Assembly (NCBI RefSeq): GCF_009914755.1
Contig: NC_060940.1
Direction: 5' to 3' (one strand)
Length of the DNA stretch: 64,000 nucleotides
From: the human T2T-CHM13v2.0 reference genome, Homo sapiens
Shown: positions 54,986 to 64,000 of the stretch, in pieces
How positions within the stretch are numbered: the first letter of the stretch is position 1
How the letters are laid out: the number at the start of each line of letters is the position of its first letter
Made by a program: the position numbers and the translations under genes
Notes under the pieces: generated by a model
Told to the model about the DNA's origin: nothing
What the model saw: only the letters and a program-made list of their open reading frames with translations
Databases searched by the model: none

Positions 54986-55482
54986 CGGTTGCCACTGTCA
55001 CTAAATTTAGAGGTGGTTTGTGACACAGCAATAGATCAGCAGGACATCATCCAGCCTCATGAGAGACCCTGAGCAAGAGCGCCTGGAACAGACAGGGATT
55101 TGTGTCGTTTCATTCACTTTTGCACACTCAGCACTGTGAGCAGTGCCTGGCGCACTGTTGGGCTGTGCTTGATAAACATTTGCTGGGTGCATGTAATGAA
55201 GACTGACTGAATACAAAGGTAGTCAACGATGGTACTAAGGCAGAGCATCCACTTCAACAGCACCATCCCCCCAAGCGGCCTCAATGCTCACAGCATTTAA
55301 TAATACACATAATAGCCGCGAATACTTACAGTACACAGCCCAGGTGGCATGTATCAGTGACCCTCATTTTATTATCAAAATTATCCCCATTTCGCACATG
55401 AGAAAACTGAGGCCATATAAGGAACTTCTCCAAAGCTAATAAATAAGTGGGAGCCAGAATTCATGCTCAGGTCTTGTCTAAC

Positions 55483-55737
55483 TTTTTTTTTAAGAGACAG
55501 GGTCTCGCTCTGTCGCCCAGACTGGAGTGGAGTAGCATGACCATAACTCACTGCATTGCGGAACTCCCATGCTCATGTGATCCTCCTGTCTCAGCCTCCT
55601 GAGTAGCTGGGACCACAGACATGCATCACCATGCCTGGCTAATTTTTTAACTTTTTGTAGAGACAGGATCTTGCTTGCTATGTTGCCCAGGCTGGTCTCG
55701 AACTCCTGGCGTCAAGCGATCCTCCTGCCTCAGCCTG
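55483..55737 (-). mobile_element. Alu (J-like, 5' truncated)
   Basis: Antisense. Confidence 0.85.
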
Positions 55738-55877
55738 TCCAAATTCTTAACACTATACTATTCTGCCTCCTATACTAATCCCACAGAAATAAATTTCTTT
55801 TATCAAATTAACCTTAAAACAGACCATTCATTCTCACAAGACAGATAGTCAGAAATACAGGATCGATCTGTGTTTCA

Positions 55878-56096
<219 letters not shown>

Positions 56097-56348
56097 CTAC
56101 ATCACAGGCAATAAAATCCATCAGAACCGCTCAGCAACCCTAGGAAGTGGAGAGTAGCATCATCCCCATTTCACAGGTGAGGAAACAGAGACTTAAAGTG
56201 TGATGAGTTGAAAGTCAGTAAGTGACATTCAAGCCCAAGTCTGTCTGATTCCAAAACCCGTGCTCCTTATTTCTTTATTTTAACTGTATGGGCTACTTGC
56301 TATCTGCAAGGTATTGGTGTTTTAGGCCAAACCCCTTAGGTTTTAGGG

Positions 56349-57531
<1,183 letters not shown>

Positions 57532-57721
57532 TTAAGAAAAGTCTTCCAGATTAGACTGTCTGGCAGAACAAAGGGGTCTGGGAAGAATGACAGCATGACT
57601 GAAGGGCTCCGTCTGGAAAGGAAGGAAGGTGTGCCACCAGGAGAAGGCAGAGCCACCCCAGACACCAACAGCTGAGACAATCCCAGCCCTGGGTTCATGG
57701 CCCAAAGTCACAGCCCACTCA

Positions 57722-58051
<330 letters not shown>

Positions 58052-58124
58052 TTAGGGGCACAGCAGTGAGCCAGACAGATGCTGCCTCCACAGGCCTTCC
58101 TTCCTTCTATCAAGAAAGAGAGTT

Positions 58125-58790
<666 letters not shown>

Positions 58791-59464
58791 CTAGATAGTT
58801 TTCCATATAATCAAGGACATGCTTTGGTTCTATGAAAAGACAGCTGAGTGGGTTCCTTTAGTTATTCTGTGTATAATGGGTGATCTCATGCTGTCTTCAA
58901 AGAAGGCAAGACCTTTTGACCTCTTGCCTTCTGAGTAAAAGTGGCCTCACCCCTCAGTAGGAAGAGTTGGGTATTAGGAAAGAGACAAACCACTTTGTCC
59001 TGGGCTGGGAGGGAACAAAACCGTCTCCCTCAACTCCCTAAAATCAAATTCAGAGAGGACTGTCAAGGTGGACCCATGGAGCCCCAGTCAAGGTCCAGAA
59101 ACAAGGATTCAAAGCCTTCAACATAAAGTCACCACGAGGCTAGAAGAGACCAGATGAATGGGCTGGCCTGGTACCTGAGTCAGAAAGTGGGAGTGCGTGG
59201 GCATTGGTCATGGTGCCATAATGGAGACAGTGAGCACAGGAGTTAAACAAGATGGCTCTGAGGCCAGGTGCCCTGGGTTCAATCCCAGCTGCGTAACTTT
59301 CACGTGGCCTTTTCCAGTTCCCTTACACACTCTGTACCTCACATGAATGAACTGGAAAATGAAGACTACAGCACTACTGACTTCAGAGGATTGTTGGATT
59401 AAGTTATTAATTCACTTAGAACACAACCTGGCACATAGTAAGTGTTCAGTAAATGTTTGTTATT

Positions 59465-61065
59465 CCACACCCTCCCTCCCTTGGCCCCGCGATGGAGGAA
59501 GCAGGCTAGGACCAGCCCTCGGAGCTGCAGCTGCCCTTCATCCCTCCCTCGCCCTCTCTACCGACATCCTGCTCCAGTTCCCACTTGGATTTACTTTGGG
59601 GAATGTGGTTGGAATATATCTGGCTCAGAACCATGACATACCAAACCCAGCTTTAAAAACTTGAAGAAATTTAAAAAGACTTGGATGCCAAGAAGAAATT
59701 CCCTACTCCTTCTCTTTGGGAGGCCAAGGCGAGTAGATTGCTTGAGCCCAGGAGTTTGAGATCTGCCTGGGCAACATTGCAAAATCCCATCTCTACAAAA
59801 AAATACAAAAATCAGCCCGGCGTAGTGGCATGTGCCTGTGGTCCCAGCTACTCAGGAGGCTGAGGTGGGAGGATCACCTGAGCCTGGGGGGTCAAGGCTG
59901 AAGTGAGCCAAGATCAGATCACTTCACTCCAGCCTGGGCAACATAGTGAGAACCTGTCTCAAAAAACAAAAAAAGAAGAAGAAACCCCCCAGTTCCTGAG
60001 GCCGACTCCAGCACTGCCTTCTGGATGCATGGATTCTACTCTATAACTCTTAAACCCCTTTACCGCCTGAATCAAAAGCTTTTGTTTTCATTTTACCACC
60101 TGAATCAAAAGCTTTTGTTTTCATTTCCAACCTCAGTGATGCGATCTCGGCTCACTGCAAGCACCGCCTCCCAGGTTCACGCCATTCTCCTGCCTCAGCC
60201 TCCCGAGTAGCTGGGACTACAGGCACCCGCCACCATGCCCAGCTAATTTTTTTTTTTTTTATTTTTAGTAGAGACATGGTTTCACCGTGTTAGCCAGGAT
60301 GGTCTTGATCTCCTGACCTCGTGATCTGCCTGTCTCGGCCTCCCAAAGTGCTGGGATTACAGGCGTGAGCCATCGTGCCTGGCCTAGTGATTTTCTTCCT
60401 TGTGAGACACTGTGGTATTTTGCTTTAGAACAAGCAAAATGGGGCCCCTTACATTTTCAACATCTTCACCTCTTCCCATATCCTCCTTCAAGCTGCATGG
60501 GAGGTACTAACACTAGAATTACGGTGCTAGGTTAGTAAACATGACCTTTAAGGAGTAGTCTCTCCTTTATTCTTTGGGATTCCTACTACTTTTTTCTTTT
60601 TTTTTTTTAAGACAGAGTCTTGCTCTGTAGCTCAGCCCAGTCTGGAGTACAGTGGCATGATCTCGGCTCACTGCAACCTCCTCTGCCTCCTGGGTTCAAG
60701 TAATTCTTCTGCTTCGGCCTTCCAAGTAGCTGAAATTACGGGTGTGCACCATCATGGCCAGCTAATTTTTCTATTTTTAGTAGAGACAGGGTTTCACCAT
60801 GTTGTCCAGCTGGTCTCAAACCCCTAGCCTCAAGTGATCCATTCATCTTGGCCTCCCAAAGTGCTGGGATTACAGGCATAAGCCACCATGCCCAGCCTAC
60901 TACCTTTTGTCAAAATAAAAATTGATGAGTTTTGTATAGTTGGTCAGACACAGTTAAAACTAAATTCACAGTTTAGCAATTATAATGGGTGCTTGTTAAA
61001 CATCTGGTAGTAAATTATGTTGTTTCAAAGTAATTAAAATTAATATCCAGAAGCCAAAAATAAAC
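59465..61065 (+). pseudogene. Processed pseudogene of STMP1 (C7orf73), antisense in OTOA intron 12, interrupted by three Alus
   Basis: 59569 onward reads (L)[27 protein letters not shown], then LEEI*KDLDAKK...KPPSS*, versus recalled STMP1 [50 protein letters not shown] is changed to CTG, there is a +1 frameshift, and it is intronless. ATTAAA at 61033, A-rich tail, perfect TSD aaatgtttgttatt at 59451-59464 and 61066-61079. Confidence 0.9.
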
Positions 61066-61175
61066 AAATGTTTGTTATTATTATTTGATTGGAATGGGTC
61101 CTAATCCAATCCTTGTGAGCCAGTTTGCATCCTGGGAAGTGGCCAGGAGTGTGGACTAAACGAGAAGGACACCAA

Positions 61176-61466
61176 AAGCCAGGCACGGTGGCTAATGCCT
61201 GTAATCCCAGCACTTTGGGAGGCTGAGGCAGGCGGATTACAAGGTCTGGAGTTCGAGACCAGCCTGGCCAACATGGCGAAACCTCGTCTCTACTAAAAAC
61301 ACAAAAATTCGCTGGGTGTGGTGGTGGGTGCCTATAATCCCAGCTACTCGGAAGGCTGAGGCAGGAGAATTGCTTGAACCCGGAGGCGGAGGTTGCAATG
61401 AGCTGAGGTTGTGCCATTGCATTCCAGCATGGGCGACAAGGGCAAGACTCCGTATCAAAAAAAAAA
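61176..61466 (+). mobile_element. Alu (Sg-like)
   Basis: Flanked by gacaccaaaa. Confidence 0.88.
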
Positions 61467-61931
61467 TTAGATGACACCAAAATGCTTAGAACTCAAGTCT
61501 CCCAGATTTGGAGCCCTCTGGACTGGACCCAACCCAGGGACATTAATTGTCCCCAAAAGAATGTCCATTTTCCACCCCAGGAGCAGCAAGAACACAGATT
61601 AAGACTCCTGTCCCCACCAAAGAGGACTGTCTGCCTGACAGTTCCCTCTCTGCAGCCCAAGATTGGAATAAAATAGCATCATCCCTAATCCCAAAGTAAT
61701 GGCAAAAACCGCAATTACTTTTTGCATCAACCTAATAGCAGCTTAACAGCAGGCAGGAAAATCCTGGGATGAGTCCCACACGTTGATCCCACTCAGGGAT
61801 GGCTAATGCCCCTTGAGCTCCTACTCTGTGGTGTCACCTGGTGGTCTAGCTTCTTCATGTGTACCAACTCACATAATATTCGCAGCAATGCTACAGGATA
61901 AGTGCTACTGATTTGTTGTTGTTGTTGTTTA

Positions 61932-62223
<292 letters not shown>

Positions 62224-62400
62224 TAAGTGCTATTGTTGTCCACATATTACAAATAGAGAAACTGAGTCAAAGTGAAAATAGCAAATTGCCTAGTGTCACA
62301 CAGCTAGTAAATGGCAGAGCAAGGATTTGAACCCAGGCAGTCCTCCTCAGCATCATCTTCTTACTGATTGGTTGCCCCCTGCTGTGTGTGTATAACTGAT

Positions 62401-62791
62401 TGTTATGGATTAAATATTTGTGTCTCCCAAGAATTCATATGTCAAAGTCCTAACCCCTAATGTGATGGCATTGGGAGGTGAGACCTTTAAGAGGCCTTTA
62501 AGGGTTAGATGAGGTCATGAGATAATGAGGGTCAGGTGGGGCCCTGATCCAATGGGATTAGTTTCCTTGTAAGACGCAACACCAGAGAGCTTGCTCTCAT
62601 GTGGTCAGGTGAGCACACAGCAAGATGGCGGCCACCTACAGGCCAAGAGAAGAGGCCTCAGAATGAAACCTACCTTTCTGACACCTCGATGTTGGACTTC
62701 CCAGTCTCCAGAACTGTGAGAAATAAATTTATGTTGTTTACGTCACTCAATCTACAGTATATTTTTATGGCAGCCTGGCAGGTCTAATACA
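62401..62791 (+). mobile_element. MLT1A-type LTR ending ~50 bp from the exon 12 donor
   Basis: tgttatgga...ccagaactgtgagaaataaattt...ctaataca. Confidence 0.75.
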
Positions 62792-62800
62792 CTTAGGTCA

Positions 62801-63127
<327 letters not shown>

Positions 63128-63492
63128 CTATTAGGACTCCACAGCACCTCCCTTGACCCTGTTCCATCAAAGCTTTTGGGCTCAGAAACGATGAAGGAAA
63201 GGGACTCCTGCCATGCCCAGACAGTGAGACACCACACGGAGGACACCTCTTCTGGCCTTAGCTTTCATGTGCCAAAAATTCCCTTTGTACTTCATTTAAA
63301 TATTAATTTGTTATTAAATCAACCTTAATCCATGTCAGAAAGAAATGTTCCTTTTATAACTACACCACACTCTTATAGCATCTGTTGTCCTCTGGTGACC
63401 TTGAACTCTATATCCATATATACAGGCTGTTTTCCTTTCATTAAATAGCCAGGGGCCTTTTCACGATAATTTATAATCTGTGTAAAAATAAC

Positions 63493-63792
63493 TTTTTTTT
63501 TTTTCTTAAGACAGAGTTTTGCTCTTGTCACCCAGGCTGGAGTATAATGGTGTGGTCTTGGCTCACTGCAACACTGCAACCTCCACCTTCCGGGTTCAAG
63601 CGATTCTCCTGCCTCAGTCTTCTGAGTAGCTGGGATTACAGGCACCCACCACCACACTAATGTTTGTATTTTTAGTAGAGACAGGGTTTCACCATGTTGG
63701 CCAGGCTGGTCTCAAACTCCTGACCTAATGTAATCCACATGCCTCAGCCTCCCAAAGTGCTGGGATTAGAGGCATGAGCCACCACATCCAGC
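63493..63792 (-). mobile_element. Alu
   Basis: TSD aaaaataact(t/c)tt. Confidence 0.9.
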
Positions 63793-64000
63793 CAAAAATA
63801 ACTCTTCACAGTACAAGAAAGTAAAAGTCTCCTGAACATCCTACCACATAAAAATAACCATGATTAGCAATTGGGTGTATATGCTTCCAAGATTTCTTAT
63901 ACCTTTATAAATATAGAGACACTACATAGTTTTTACAGAGTTGTAATATGAACAGAAGCACAATTTACTCTTCTTAAAATTATCTCTTGCACCTCTTTGC

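Overview
Human (or near-identical great-ape) genomic DNA, Alu-dense. The minus strand carries the 3' two-thirds of OTOA (otoancorin, DFNB22, 16p12.2): 17 coding exons, numbered 12-28 by my recollection of the 28-exon NM_144672 model. All introns are GT-AG, and the exons join in frame to 2316 nt (771 aa + TGA) ending in a GPI-signal-like tail. Exons 12-19 are present and the Glu787 codon is intact, so this is the functional gene rather than the OTOAP1 pseudogene. The rest is intron/intergenic sequence with more than 50 Alus, L1 fragments, LTRs (LTR8, MER41, MER50, MSTA, MLT1), DNA-transposon relics, microsatellites and an antisense STMP1 (C7orf73) processed pseudogene with a perfect 14-bp TSD. 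I found no convincing new multi-gene system. The most unusual signals are: (1) a ~154-bp near-perfect inverted repeat around an AT-rich spacer; (2) a consensus splice donor overlapping the OTOA stop codon, with an in-frame candidate alternative last exon 1.3 kb downstream; (3) a MER50 LTR copy that looks L1-retrotransposed (cut at its own polyA site, A-tail, TSD); (4) an L1 inserted at the predicted OTOA cleavage site; (5) several templated-insertion scars. Repeat subfamily names come from recall of consensus sequences, and repeat boundaries are approximate.
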